From the NCBI GenBank assembly GCA_963665665.1, contig OY762428.1, positions 4,576,001-4,640,000 of the forward strand: 64,000 nt of DNA, written 5' to 3'. The stretch's first letter is position 1, and each line of letters starts with the position of its first letter. A program made the translations under genes and the position numbers. This DNA is from Candidatus Kapaibacterium sp. (GTDB taxonomy: Bacteria > Bacteroidota > Ignavibacteria > Kapaibacteriales > UBA2268). Below, piece after piece: positions 28,925 through 39,057 of this stretch. Under the pieces are notes generated by a model that saw only the letters and a list, made by a program, of their open reading frames with translations, was not told the DNA's origin and searched no databases.

Positions 28925-29662
28925 ATGCTATTTCGATTAATATTTTCATTTTTACCTGCACTTCTTATCTTTACCAATTATTCATATTCACAAGTTGAAA
29001 TTACAACCCAATCAGGAGATACTTTTGTTGGTATTTTATACAAGCAGGATGATAAAACAATTACTCTTAAAACATTTGATCTAATTGAAATTAAAATACT
29101 TGAGAAAGAAATTGAAGTTACAAAAAAACTAAAAACTAGGCTTATTACCAACAGCGGGCATGAATATTCAGGGCATATAAAAAAATTGGAAAATAATAAA
29201 TATACTGTTATTACTGATAGCGGCAGCGAAATTGAAATTCCTGTTAGCAGTGTAAAAGAATACAGTACTAACTCTACTGTCGGTAAATCTAAAATTGATG
29301 AGTATGGAATGATTGGAGGAGCATTGGGCACTCCGGGAGTTTTAAATTTAATACTTGGGTATCAGTTTAATAATTCTTTTGGAAACAAACTTTCTTTCGG
29401 AGGTTTCTATGGTGAGGATCCTGTTTTCGGACTCCAGATTAATGCTATGTTTAACATAATAAAAAGACCGTCAGTTGAGCAGAATATATCACTGGGATTT
29501 GGATGGTCTCAAATTGAACATTCCTGGCTATATACAGGAATATTTTATGACATAAATATTTATGGAGTTTATTCGGAACTTGGATTAACAATTGGCGATG
29601 GAATTTATTCAAATCCTCAATTATTTTTCCAGTTGGGCTATGTTTACAGATATAATGATTAA
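28925..29662 (+). CDS. Hypothetical exported protein (repeated small beta domains plus C-terminal beta-barrel-like region)
   Basis: SD aaggagg, signal peptide, two I.T.SG..(F/Y).G repeats and C-terminal QLGYVYRY. Confidence 0.65.
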   Translation: MLFRLIFSFLPALLIFTNYSYSQVEITTQSGDTFVGILYKQDDKTITLKTFDLIEIKILEKEIEVTKKLKTRLITNSGHEYSGHIKKLENNKYTVITDSGSEIEIPVSSVKEYSTNSTVGKSKIDEYGMIGGALGTPGVLNLILGYQFNNSFGNKLSFGGFYGEDPVFGLQINAMFNIIKRPSVEQNISLGFGWSQIEHSWLYTGIFYDINIYGVYSELGLTIGDGIYSNPQLFFQLGYVYRYND

Positions 29663-29720
29663 TACGTTTGTTTGGAAATGGCGTTACAGGACAGGTAACA
29701 TTCTAATAAAAGTGGAGTAT

Positions 29721-29828
29721 ATGTATAGATTTCTAAGCCTGATTTTTCTTCTGTTGATAATTACTGGGTGCGCCAGGACTTATGATAAATATACTGATCC
29801 TGATTATAATAATATATCTTGCTTTTAA
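29721..29828 (+). pseudogene. Truncated lipoprotein gene fragment
   Basis: SD ggag, lipoprotein signal MYRFLSLIFLLLIITGC, then a stop after 35 aa immediately before the TA pair. Confidence 0.45.
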
Positions 29829-29870
29829 TAGTCTTTATTGTTATAATAAACGTACGGAAAGGAGTACTAA

Positions 29871-30113
29871 ATGAGAACAATAAATGTAACAAATGCCAGA
29901 AAAAAGCTTTATTCAATAATTGAAGATGTGAATAATTCTCACAGCCCTATACATATTAGCAGTAAAAAAGGTTCAGCAGTTATTATGTCTGAGCAGGACT
30001 GGAATGCAATTGAGGAATCACTTCACTTAAGTTCTATTCCCGGGATGGTTGATTCAATAAGGGAAGGGCTGTTAACGCCTGTTGAAGATTGTTCCGATAA
30101 ATTAGACTGGTAG
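29871..30113 (+). CDS. yefM: Phd/YefM antitoxin
   Basis: INVTNARKKLY...P.HI..KKGSAVIMSEQDW..I.E.L.L.SIPGM. Confidence 0.92.
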   Translation: MRTINVTNARKKLYSIIEDVNNSHSPIHISSKKGSAVIMSEQDWNAIEESLHLSSIPGMVDSIREGLLTPVEDCSDKLDW

Positions 30114-30114
30114 T

Positions 30115-30375
30115 ATGTATAAGTTAGTTTTTACCAGACAGGCTCAAAAGGATTCTGTAAAAATTATAAATGCCGGATTAAAGAATAATGTTGAAAAATT
30201 ATTATCCGTTCTATCAGAGAATCCATATACTAACCCACCCCTTTACGAGAAATTGGTTGGCGATCTTTCTGGTGCGTATTCACGAAGAATCAATATTCAG
30301 CAAAGACTGATCTATCAGGTCTATGAAAAAGAAAAGATCGTAAAAGTGATCCGTATGTGGACACATTATGAATGA
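30115..30375 (+). CDS. yoeB: Txe/YoeB toxin
   Basis: NPP.YEKLVGDLSGAYSRRINIQ.RL.Y...V.RMWTHYE. Confidence 0.93.
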   Translation: MYKLVFTRQAQKDSVKIINAGLKNNVEKLLSVLSENPYTNPPLYEKLVGDLSGAYSRRINIQQRLIYQVYEKEKIVKVIRMWTHYE

Positions 30376-30487
30376 TAAGTGAGGAAAAATTAAAATTAGA
30401 TTCAGAAAATATAATTTTTCGAAAACAAAAAAACTCCTTCTCAAATAATAACTGAAAAGGAGTTTAACACTTTTATAAGGCAGGTGA

Positions 30488-31222
30488 TTATAATATTTTC
30501 TGAATTGCCCTGAATGCATCTTTAATTGTGTTGTCTATTTTACCTTCATTCTTGTCATCTGTAGGATCAAGGTAGGAATCGTTGTCAAGTAACAGGAGTG
30601 GAACATAAACACCCAGATTTACATTTATCAGTTCACCATCCTCAATGATAATTCCAGAATAGAAATCTGTTGTGATATTAGCTGTTACCGTGCCGTTATA
30701 TACAAAATCGTTCCAGTTGCCGTTTTCAAGATATTTACCCTCGATTATTACCGAATAGCGGTCGGATGTGGCAAAATCAGCTAAGTCGGTATCTGTTTCG
30801 TACTGAGTTCTTTCTGATTCAGAGAAGCGGTGAAGTTCAAATTTTATCTTGTCATAGTTTCCGATAGGAACAGTTCCCTTGGAAATCATTATCTCGTTTG
30901 TCTCGAAATCCGCTGCAAAAAGAAAAGGGCCGGCTTTAACTAAGTGGTCACCCTCGGATTCCGTGTTGTTTTCGTTATGCATTTTTATTTCCGAAATCAG
31001 GAACCTGACTTTTGTGACATATACTGAATCCACGTAAGAATTAGCAAGAACCTGGTATCCGGTTTTCTTTTCATTTTCGATATTAATTCCGTCCGGCAGG
31101 GTTTGCATTAATGATGAGTAAATTGCAACTTCCCCGGTAGCATCCGGGCTGGTTGAATCGTCCTGGCAGGAGTAATTAAAACTGATAATAACAGTTAGCA
31201 AAATTAAAGCAAGTTTCTTCAT
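30488..31222 (-). CDS. Lipoprotein, DUF4382-like (tentative)
   Basis: Lipobox NYSC, beta-rich, VP.G.YDKIKFEL. Confidence 0.6.
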   Translation of the reverse strand: MKKLALILLTVIISFNYSCQDDSTSPDATGEVAIYSSLMQTLPDGINIENEKKTGYQVLANSYVDSVYVTKVRFLISEIKMHNENNTESEGDHLVKAGPFLFAADFETNEIMISKGTVPIGNYDKIKFELHRFSESERTQYETDTDLADFATSDRYSVIIEGKYLENGNWNDFVYNGTVTANITTDFYSGIIIEDGELINVNLGVYVPLLLLDNDSYLDPTDDKNEGKIDNTIKDAFRAIQKIL

Positions 31223-31531
31223 GATAGTATCCAAAAAATTAAAACAATTTAATTTAAGTACGTTCGAATAAAATTTTTATTTAGTAAAATTTTTCACGAC
31301 TTAATTACTTTGATTATTCAAACTTAGCTGTTTATCACTCTTTTGTAATTAATAATTTATTTCGTATTTTCAAATTCCAAAAATATTCACTTTCTTCCTG
31401 TCCAAAATATTTGGAAATTAAAAACTTATGCACTATATTGCAAAGCTCTGAAAAGAGCGTTTGATAATTAGGGAATGTCTTTTTGTACATTCCGATGTTT
31501 AACAAATTTATTTTATAATTGGAGTTTTTTT

Positions 31532-33547
31532 ATGTCCAACAATGAAAACCTGAATCCGGTTGCAGAAGAAACCGAGAACAAGGAAACCAATCCCATGGCA
31601 GGTCTCGAACAGTCAAATGTAAATGTCGTTGAGAAAAACAGGGAATTCGTTGCAAGAATTCTTGAAGAAGGCTTTTCAGCCCTTGAATTAGACGATGACG
31701 CGTTCGAACAATTAGCCGACAAAACCATCTTTACAATCAAGGAAGATGAACTTGTATCGGGTAAGATCGTTGCCATAACAAAAGATGAAGTTCAGGTTGA
31801 TATAGGATTTAAATCACTTGGTGTAGTTCCCAGGGCTGAACTTTTAAATGCTGAAACTTATCAGATCGGTGATGAAATTGATGTTTTCATCGAAAAAATT
31901 GAAGATACTAACGGCAAGCTTATCCTATCACGCCGCCGTGCCGACTTCATGAGAATCTGGGAAGACATCATTGCACTGTATGAAAAACAGGAAATCACAA
32001 AAGTTAAAATCCTTAGGAGAATCAAGGGTGGTATGGTTGTCGATCTTCTCGGCATCGAAGCATTCCTTCCTGGTTCCCAGATAGATGTAAGGCCTGTCAG
32101 AGACTTCGACGCATGGGTTAACAAAGCTATCGACGTTAGAGTTGTTAAAGTTAACCACCCGAGCGAAAACGTTGTGGTAAGCCATAAAGTTCTTCTTGAA
32201 GAACAGCTTGCAGAACAGCGCGAAGCTATCATGGGCAAACTTGAAAAAGGCCTTGTACTTGAAGGTACTGTCAAAGCTATCTCCGACTTCGGCGTATTCG
32301 TTGACCTCGGCGGTGTTGACGGCCTTGTTCACATCACAGACCTTTCATGGGGCCGCGTAACTCATCCTTCCGAAATCGTACAGCTTGACCAGGTTGTTAA
32401 AGTTGTTGTTCTCGATTTCGACGAAGACAAGAAACGCATCAGCCTTGGTATGAAACAGCTTACTCCACATCCGTGGGATACAATTGGTGAAAAATACGAA
32501 AACGGTACTAAAGTTCATGGTAAAGTTGTCAGCCTTACTGATTACGGTGCATTCATTGAAATCGAAAAAGGTATCGAAGGCCTTATCCACATCAGTGAAA
32601 TGTCATGGACACAGCATGTTAAACATCCGTCACAGATCGTTTCTATGGGCCAGATAGTTGACGCTGTTGTGCTGAACATAGATAAAGACAATAAGAAACT
32701 TGCCCTTGGTATGAAACAGCTTGAGCCAGACCCGTGGCAGGATCTTATGAAAAAATACCCTGTTGATTCAACTCATAACGGTATTGTTCGTAACCTTACT
32801 AACTTTGGCGTATTTGTTGAACTTGAACCGGGCGTTGACGGCCTCGTTCATATCAGCGACCTCTCCTGGACGAAGAAAATCCGTCACCCAGGCGAATTCG
32901 TGAAAAAAGGCGACGAACTCGAAGTTGTTGTTCTCAGTATTGATCCGGATCAGCGCAGGATTGCTCTTGGTCACAAACAGATCAAAGATAATCCCTGGAA
33001 CTACTTCGAAGATAAATACCAGATTGCTGCTGAAACAGAAGCAAGGATCGAAAGAATTATTGAAAAAGGCGTTATCGTTGAACTTCCTGACGGTGTTGAC
33101 GGTTTCGTTCCGGTATCACAGCTTTCATTCGCTCCTGTTCGCAATATCAGCGAATACTTCAGGATTGGCGATCTTCTTCCTCTTAAAGTTGTTGAATTCG
33201 ACAAAGAAGCAAAGAAAATCGTTCTTTCGGTAGTTGAATGTCTTCGTACAAAAGACCAGGCTACAATTGATGCTTACAATGCTCAGCACCAGGTTCCCAA
33301 CGCAGGTAAGTTTGCCGAAAACAAAGCGGAACAGGAAGCAGAGCAGGAAGCAGAAGCAGCACCTGCACCGGTTGTAGAAGAAGTAAAAGAAGAAACTCCT
33401 GTTGCAGAAGCAGCTCCAGAAGCTCCGGCAGAAGAAGTTAAAGCAGAAGCTCCGGCAGAGGAAACTTCCGCTGAAGCAGCTCCTGTAGAAACTCCGGCAG
33501 AAGAAGCTCCGGCAACTGAAGAATCAGCAGAAGAAAAATCTGAATAA
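31532..33547 (+). CDS. rpsA: 30S ribosomal protein S1 with long acidic Ala/Pro/Glu tail
   Basis: Six S1 repeats (DFGVFVDLGGVDGLVHITDLSW etc.) and highly expressed codon usage. Confidence 0.97.
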   Translation: MSNNENLNPVAEETENKETNPMAGLEQSNVNVVEKNREFVARILEEGFSALELDDDAFEQLADKTIFTIKEDELVSGKIVAITKDEVQVDIGFKSLGVVPRAELLNAETYQIGDEIDVFIEKIEDTNGKLILSRRRADFMRIWEDIIALYEKQEITKVKILRRIKGGMVVDLLGIEAFLPGSQIDVRPVRDFDAWVNKAIDVRVVKVNHPSENVVVSHKVLLEEQLAEQREAIMGKLEKGLVLEGTVKAISDFGVFVDLGGVDGLVHITDLSWGRVTHPSEIVQLDQVVKVVVLDFDEDKKRISLGMKQLTPHPWDTIGEKYENGTKVHGKVVSLTDYGAFIEIEKGIEGLIHISEMSWTQHVKHPSQIVSMGQIVDAVVLNIDKDNKKLALGMKQLEPDPWQDLMKKYPVDSTHNGIVRNLTNFGVFVELEPGVDGLVHISDLSWTKKIRHPGEFVKKGDELEVVVLSIDPDQRRIALGHKQIKDNPWNYFEDKYQIAAETEARIERIIEKGVIVELPDGVDGFVPVSQLSFAPVRNISEYFRIGDLLPLKVVEFDKEAKKIVLSVVECLRTKDQATIDAYNAQHQVPNAGKFAENKAEQEAEQEAEAAPAPVVEEVKEETPVAEAAPEAPAEEVKAEAPAEETSAEAAPVETPAEEAPATEESAEEKSE

Positions 33548-33567
33548 TAAATATTATATCTGATTTT

Positions 33568-33598
33568 AAAAGGCAGGCATTGTGTCTGCCTTTTTTTT
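33568..33598 (+). terminator. Rho-independent terminator
   Basis: aaaaggcaggca-ttg-tgtctgcctttttttt. Confidence 0.75.
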
Positions 33599-33659
33599 AA
33601 TTTTGTATTAATAATGCAGGTTATTCCTGAAATAGTATAATTATTAAAAGTTTGAAGAT

Positions 33660-34922
33660 ATGCTGAAAATTTCAATATTATCAATTGGCGATGAGCTTTG
33701 CATAGGCCAGGTACTAAATACTAACGCAAGGTTCATGGCAGTTGAATGTACTAAAATCGGCGCTGATGTTGTTTTGCACTCAACAATTGATGATGATAAA
33801 TCAATGATGACCGCCGAATTGGACAGGCTCACGGATTTAAGCGAACTTATCCTGATAACAGGTGGATTGGGTCCGACACATGATGACATAACCAAGCCTG
33901 TTCTTTGTGAATATTTTAATTCGGAACTGAAATTTCATGAAGCTACTTATAAGGATCTGGAGTATTTCTTTTCAAAAAGGGGTATAGAACTTACTGAAAG
34001 AAACAAGCTTCAGGCAATGCTTCCGGATAAATGTACGCCATTGAGGAATATGGTTGGTACTGCTCCCGGTATGATGTTTGAGCGGAACGGCAAATTTTTT
34101 ATTTCAATGCCCGGTGTTCCGAGGGAAATGCAATATATAATGAATAATTCTGTTTTGCCATTCATTGCCGAATTGATTGATAAAAGGAATAAGGATGTTG
34201 TTCTTTACAGGACAATCCACACTAACGGTATTCCCGAATCAATGCTGGCAGACAAGCTTGGCAATCCCGATGAATTTGCTTCCGGGGCGAAGCTGGCATT
34301 TTTACCATCCTATCGTGGAGTTAGATTAAGAATCGGAGTAAATGCAAAAACTTTCGGGAAAGCACGTTCAAGAATTGATGAGATCGAAAGCTACATCAAT
34401 TTGAAAGTCGGAGAACATGTTTTCGGAACCGATGACGAATCACTTGAAACTGCTGCAGCTGAGCTTCTGATCAAATATGGTAAAACGGTATCTGTTGCAG
34501 AGTCTTGTACCGGTGGATTGCTTGGTGCTGCATTCACTAACGTATCAGGAAGCTCGTCATATTTCGAAGGCGGCGTTCAGGTTTATAGCAATCAAGCAAA
34601 GATGACAATGCTTGGCGTTTCCCCTGAAACAATAAATGTACATGGTGCAGTAAGCGAACAAACAGCCAAAGAACTTGCAGAAAATGTAAGAAAAAAATTT
34701 GGAACGGATTATGCCCTTTCGGTAACCGGAATTGCAGGCCCGACGGGCGGAACTCCTGATAAGCCTGTAGGTACTGTATGGATTGGAATTTCAGATGTAA
34801 CTGAAACAAAAGCAGTACGGTACGTTTTTGGAGACGACAGGGTAATGAACCGCGAAAGATCGGTTGGTATGGCAATAATGATGTTGATTAACAGGATAAA
34901 AGAGACGAACCCGGATGAGTAA
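33660..34922 (+). CDS. cinA: CinA (MoCF-biosynth-like domain plus PncC NMN deamidase)
   Basis: IGDEL..G..LNTNA, GGLGPTHDD, AESCTGG and TGIAGPTGG..KPVGTV motifs. Confidence 0.95.
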   Translation: MLKISILSIGDELCIGQVLNTNARFMAVECTKIGADVVLHSTIDDDKSMMTAELDRLTDLSELILITGGLGPTHDDITKPVLCEYFNSELKFHEATYKDLEYFFSKRGIELTERNKLQAMLPDKCTPLRNMVGTAPGMMFERNGKFFISMPGVPREMQYIMNNSVLPFIAELIDKRNKDVVLYRTIHTNGIPESMLADKLGNPDEFASGAKLAFLPSYRGVRLRIGVNAKTFGKARSRIDEIESYINLKVGEHVFGTDDESLETAAAELLIKYGKTVSVAESCTGGLLGAAFTNVSGSSSYFEGGVQVYSNQAKMTMLGVSPETINVHGAVSEQTAKELAENVRKKFGTDYALSVTGIAGPTGGTPDKPVGTVWIGISDVTETKAVRYVFGDDRVMNRERSVGMAIMMLINRIKETNPDE

Positions 34923-35958
34923 AAAAAGAACAATACTTGCAATTGAATCCTCATGCGACGATACTTCGGTAGCTGTGGTTAAGGGTGGGAAAATACTTTC
35001 CAACCTGATTTCGTCGCAATACTTTCATAAAAAATATAGTGGCATAGTGCCTGAACTGGCTTCCCGCGCTCATATTCAGGTAATATCCCGTCTGACGGCA
35101 GATGCGATGACTGAATGTTCTGTCGGCTTTGACGAAGTTGATGCCATTGCTGTAACATCACAGCCGGGGCTTATTGGCTCATTAATTGTCGGTTCAAACT
35201 TTGCCAAAGGGCTGGCGGTGAAATATAATCTGCCAATAGTCCCGGTGAACCATATTGAAGGGCATATCTTTTCGGGTTGCCTTCAGGAGCCGAAAGTTGA
35301 ATTTCCGATAATAACACTTGTTGTAAGCGGGGGCCATACTGCTCTCTTCAGGGTTGATTCTTATAACAAATATAAGATACTCGGACTAACGCGCGACGAC
35401 GCTGCCGGAGAGGCTTTCGATAAAATTGCAGCGCTGTTGGGGCTGGGCTATCCGGGAGGGCCTGTGATTGACAAGCTTGCGAAGCAGGGAAACCCAAAAG
35501 CTTATGATTTTCCCCGGAGTATGATTCATGATCCGGGATTTGATTTCAGCTTCAGCGGCCTTAAAACTTCTGTACGATATTTCCTGAACCGGGAGTTCCC
35601 TGATGGTACGCCTGAAGAAAAAATTCCCGATATCTGCGCTTCTGTACAGGCTGCTATTGTCGATGTCCTCGTTGCGAAAACAATCAAAGCAGCAAATAAA
35701 TTAAGGATCAAATCTGTGACAATAGCAGGCGGAGTTTCAGCTAACTCACAACTGAGAAGCCAGATGAAAAAGGAAGCTGCAAAAAGGAAAATTCGAACAA
35801 TTGCACCGGATATGGGATTCTGCATGGATAACGCCGCTATGATTGGCTTTATAGCAGAGAAAAAATTTGGCGAGGAAATAGAATCTTTCAGGGATTTAAC
35901 TTTTGTTGTAAATCCTGCTTCCATGCGAGCCGAGAGAAAAAAGAAGAAAAGGAACTGA
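34915..35958 (+). CDS. tsaD: tRNA N6-threonylcarbamoyltransferase
   Basis: IESSCDDT, VPELASRAH, NHIEGH, SGGHT, DDAAGEAFDK and DNAAMI motifs. Confidence 0.97.
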   Translation: MSKKRTILAIESSCDDTSVAVVKGGKILSNLISSQYFHKKYSGIVPELASRAHIQVISRLTADAMTECSVGFDEVDAIAVTSQPGLIGSLIVGSNFAKGLAVKYNLPIVPVNHIEGHIFSGCLQEPKVEFPIITLVVSGGHTALFRVDSYNKYKILGLTRDDAAGEAFDKIAALLGLGYPGGPVIDKLAKQGNPKAYDFPRSMIHDPGFDFSFSGLKTSVRYFLNREFPDGTPEEKIPDICASVQAAIVDVLVAKTIKAANKLRIKSVTIAGGVSANSQLRSQMKKEAAKRKIRTIAPDMGFCMDNAAMIGFIAEKKFGEEIESFRDLTFVVNPASMRAERKKKKRN

Positions 35959-36031
35959 AACAGTAAAAAATGTTTGGTTAATATAAAAAAAAGTCCTATT
36001 TTTGAATTCCCTGTTAGGGATATTGACAACT

Positions 36032-36117
36032 GGAGGATTAGTCTAATTGGTAAGGCAGCGGTCTTGAAAACCGCCGGGTTTGCGCCCTTGGGGGTTCGAG
36101 TCCCTCATCCTCCGCCA
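36032..36117 (+). tRNA. tRNA-Ser (anticodon TGA)
   Basis: Acceptor GGAGGAT/ATCCTCC, anticodon arm GCGGT-CTTGAAA-ACCGC, long variable arm, GGTTCGAGTCC T-loop and encoded CCA. Confidence 0.95.
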
Positions 36118-36126
36118 AGCCAAGTT

Positions 36127-36162
36127 TAAACCCTTGTAAATGAAAAATTTGCAAGGGTTTTT
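36127..36162 (+). terminator. Terminator downstream of tRNA
   Basis: aaacccttgtaaat...atttgcaagggtttttt. Confidence 0.7.
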
Positions 36163-36485
36163 GATTTTTTACCTAAACATTTTATAAACTTTTCCGGTAT
36201 ATTTTTTTTCAAAATTTCATATTTGAACCCTGGCCCGTGAACAAAAAATTAATGAGTTATAGGGACAAGGACGTAAATCAATATGTTGTTTATATTAATA
36301 ATCTTTACCATATCAATATTTCTGAACTATGATATATTATCATAATTGATCTTCCCGAATCCTCCATCTTGTGGAGGCCGGAGTGGACAATTCGATTTAT
36401 ACAGAAAAGAATGAGTTCTCAAACAACAGCTGTTTCAATCCGGAAAAAACAACAGGCCCGTCGAAGGCGGCATGGACAAAAAATT

Positions 36486-36558
36486 GTGTCGCTCCTACGG
36501 AGCTTTTAATAATCGCTAAGTAAACATTATCTACAAAAATTCCATTCCTTCGTAGTAT
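36486..36558. repeat. REP-like family 4 (tgtcgctcctacggagct...ctacaaaaat)
   Basis: Reverse-complement copies agctccgtaggagcg at about 50657 and 50709, plus related hairpins to about 50810. Confidence 0.75.
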
Positions 36559-36825
36559 TTTTTATAATTCCGATGCTATTTCGGCTGCCCTATACTAAAG
36601 ATAAATGGATTGGGATATCTTTTCCCTGTTTTGTGTCGGGACACGGTGATAGTGGTGCAAGCAGTTAAGAAAAAAAATTCACCTCTGCCTGTTCCGAAAT
36701 ATCGTGGCCAGCGGGGGACAGGTGAGGATACCATTATTTTTTATTATATGCCAAGTTAATCATAAAAAAACTCATCCGATCATTTCAAGTGATCGGATGA
36801 GTAAATAATGAAGATCGCAGTCTTA

Positions 36826-39006
36826 TCAGTAGCCGAGGTTCTTGTTAACGATTTCAATTACCTGGCCGGCACATTCCGGAATTACCGTACCTGGGCCGAA
36901 TACAGCCGAGGCACCGTTGTTAAGCAGGAATTCATAATCCTGGTGGGGGATAACGCCGCCAACAAATATTATAATATCCTCGCGGCCCAGCTTTTTGAGT
37001 TCTGCCGCAAGCTGTGGAACGAGAGTTTTGTGGCCTGCTGCAAGCGAACTAACACCAACTGCATGTACATCGTTTTCAACAGCGTCGCGGGCTGTTTCTT
37101 CCGGAGTCTGGAACAAAGGCCCTACGTCGACATCGAAGCCAAGGTCGGCAAATGCTGTTGAAACAACTTTTGCACCACGGTCGTGTCCGTCCTGTCCCAT
37201 TTTTGCAACGAGGATTCTCGGGCGGCGGCCTTCGTTAGCTTCAAATTCGTCGGCCATTTTTCTAACTTTTTCAATCTGATCCATTTCACCGTACTCTGAA
37301 CTGTAAACACCTGAAATTGTTTTGATAACTGCCTGATGGCGGCCGAAAACTTTTTCCATTGCATCGGAAATCTCACCGAGAGAAGCCCTTGCCCTGGCAG
37401 CCTGTACCGAAAGGTCAAGAAGGTTGCCTTCGCCTGTTTCTGCGCATTTTGTAATAGCGCCGAGCAGGTTCTGAACTTTTGCTTCGTCCCGTTCAGCACG
37501 AAGTTTTTTCAGCCTGTTGATCTGAGATTCGCGAACCGAGCTGTTGTCGATGTCAAGAATCTCGATCGGGTCTTCTTTGTCGAGTTTATATTTATTAACG
37601 CCGATTATAGTTTCAAGCTTGGAGTCAATCCTTGCCTGGCGGCGAGCGGCAGCTTCTTCGATCCGCATTTTTGGAATTCCGCTTTCGATTGCTTTGGCCA
37701 TTCCGCCAAGTTCTTCAACTTCCTGAATGTGCGCCCACGCTTTGTCGATAAGCTCTTCTGTAAGTTTTTCAACATAGTAGGAACCTGCCCATGGATCGAC
37801 AACTTTGCAAATGCCGGTTTCTTCCTGGAGGAATATCTGGGTATTCCTTGCAATCCTGGCAGAGAAATCAGTTGGAAGAGCAATAGCTTCATCCAGAGAG
37901 TTTGTATGCAGCGACTGCGTATGGCCAAGAGCTGCGCCCATGGCTTCCATACATGTACGAACAACATTATTGAACGGATCCTGTTCCGTAAGGCTCCATC
38001 CGGAAGTCTGGGAATGAGTCCTCAATGCCATTGATTTAGGATTTTTCGGGTTGAACTGTTTGATAAGTTTTGCCCAGATAACCCTTGCAGCACGCATTTT
38101 AGCAACTTCCATGAAGTAGTTCATACCTACAGCCCAGAAGAATGAAAGGCGAGGAGCAAAAGCATCAATGTCGATTCCGGCTTTAATTCCGGCTTTTACA
38201 TATTCAAGGCCGTCTGCAAGTGTGTATGCCATTTCCAGGTCAGCTGTAGCTCCTGCTTCCTGCATGTGATAGCCGGAAATTGAAATACTGTTGAACTTGG
38301 GCATGAACTTAGAAGTATATTCAAAAATATCTGCAATGATCTTCATGGACGGCGTTGGCGGGTAAATATATGTATTACGCACCATGTATTCTTTCAGGAT
38401 ATCATTCTGGATAGTACCAGAAAGAAGTTCCGGCTTTACGCCCTGCTCTTCAGCGGCAACTATATAGAAAGCCAATACCGGCATTACTGCGCCGTTCATG
38501 GTCATTGAAACTGACATTTTATCGAGCGGTATATCGTCGAAGAGAATCTTCATATCAAGGATTGAATCAATCGCCACGCCTGCTTTACCAACATCGCCAA
38601 CAACGCGTGGGTGGTCTGAGTCATATCCGCGGTGTGTAGCAAGGTCGAAAGCAACGGAAAGGCCTTTCTGGCCGGCGGCAATATTTCTTTTATAAAATGC
38701 GTTTGATTCCTCGGCTGTTGAAAATCCGGCGTACTGCCTGATAGTCCAGGGACGTGTTACATACATTCCGGGATAAGGGCCCCTGAGGAAGGGGGGAATG
38801 CCTGCTGAAAAGCCGATATGGTTTGCATCTTTATTGTCTTCTTTTGTATAAAGCGGTTTAATATCTATGTTTTCCATGGATTTCACGGAAAGCTCGTTTT
38901 CGTTATGGCCTGTCTGGTCGGAAATCAGTTTCTCCCAGTCCCCGCGTTTGGCTTCCGGGAAGGCCATGTCAAATTCCATCGAGGAAAAATCCGGTTTTTT
39001 TGCCAT
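36826..39006 (-). CDS. mutB: Methylmalonyl-CoA mutase, large (B12-binding) subunit
   Basis: [36 protein letters not shown] and [10 protein letters not shown] motifs. Confidence 0.96.
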   Translation of the reverse strand: MAKKPDFSSMEFDMAFPEAKRGDWEKLISDQTGHNENELSVKSMENIDIKPLYTKEDNKDANHIGFSAGIPPFLRGPYPGMYVTRPWTIRQYAGFSTAEESNAFYKRNIAAGQKGLSVAFDLATHRGYDSDHPRVVGDVGKAGVAIDSILDMKILFDDIPLDKMSVSMTMNGAVMPVLAFYIVAAEEQGVKPELLSGTIQNDILKEYMVRNTYIYPPTPSMKIIADIFEYTSKFMPKFNSISISGYHMQEAGATADLEMAYTLADGLEYVKAGIKAGIDIDAFAPRLSFFWAVGMNYFMEVAKMRAARVIWAKLIKQFNPKNPKSMALRTHSQTSGWSLTEQDPFNNVVRTCMEAMGAALGHTQSLHTNSLDEAIALPTDFSARIARNTQIFLQEETGICKVVDPWAGSYYVEKLTEELIDKAWAHIQEVEELGGMAKAIESGIPKMRIEEAAARRQARIDSKLETIIGVNKYKLDKEDPIEILDIDNSSVRESQINRLKKLRAERDEAKVQNLLGAITKCAETGEGNLLDLSVQAARARASLGEISDAMEKVFGRHQAVIKTISGVYSSEYGEMDQIEKVRKMADEFEANEGRRPRILVAKMGQDGHDRGAKVVSTAFADLGFDVDVGPLFQTPEETARDAVENDVHAVGVSSLAAGHKTLVPQLAAELKKLGREDIIIFVGGVIPHQDYEFLLNNGASAVFGPGTVIPECAGQVIEIVNKNLGY

Positions 39007-39057
39007 TATATCTATCTCCAAAATTTTATATCAAATTAATCTGAATCATCCCGGCGC

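Noticed and set aside
36118-36800. Prophage or island integrated at tRNA-Ser
   Set aside because: No integrase and no duplicated tRNA 3' end seen; only a terminator and REP remnants.
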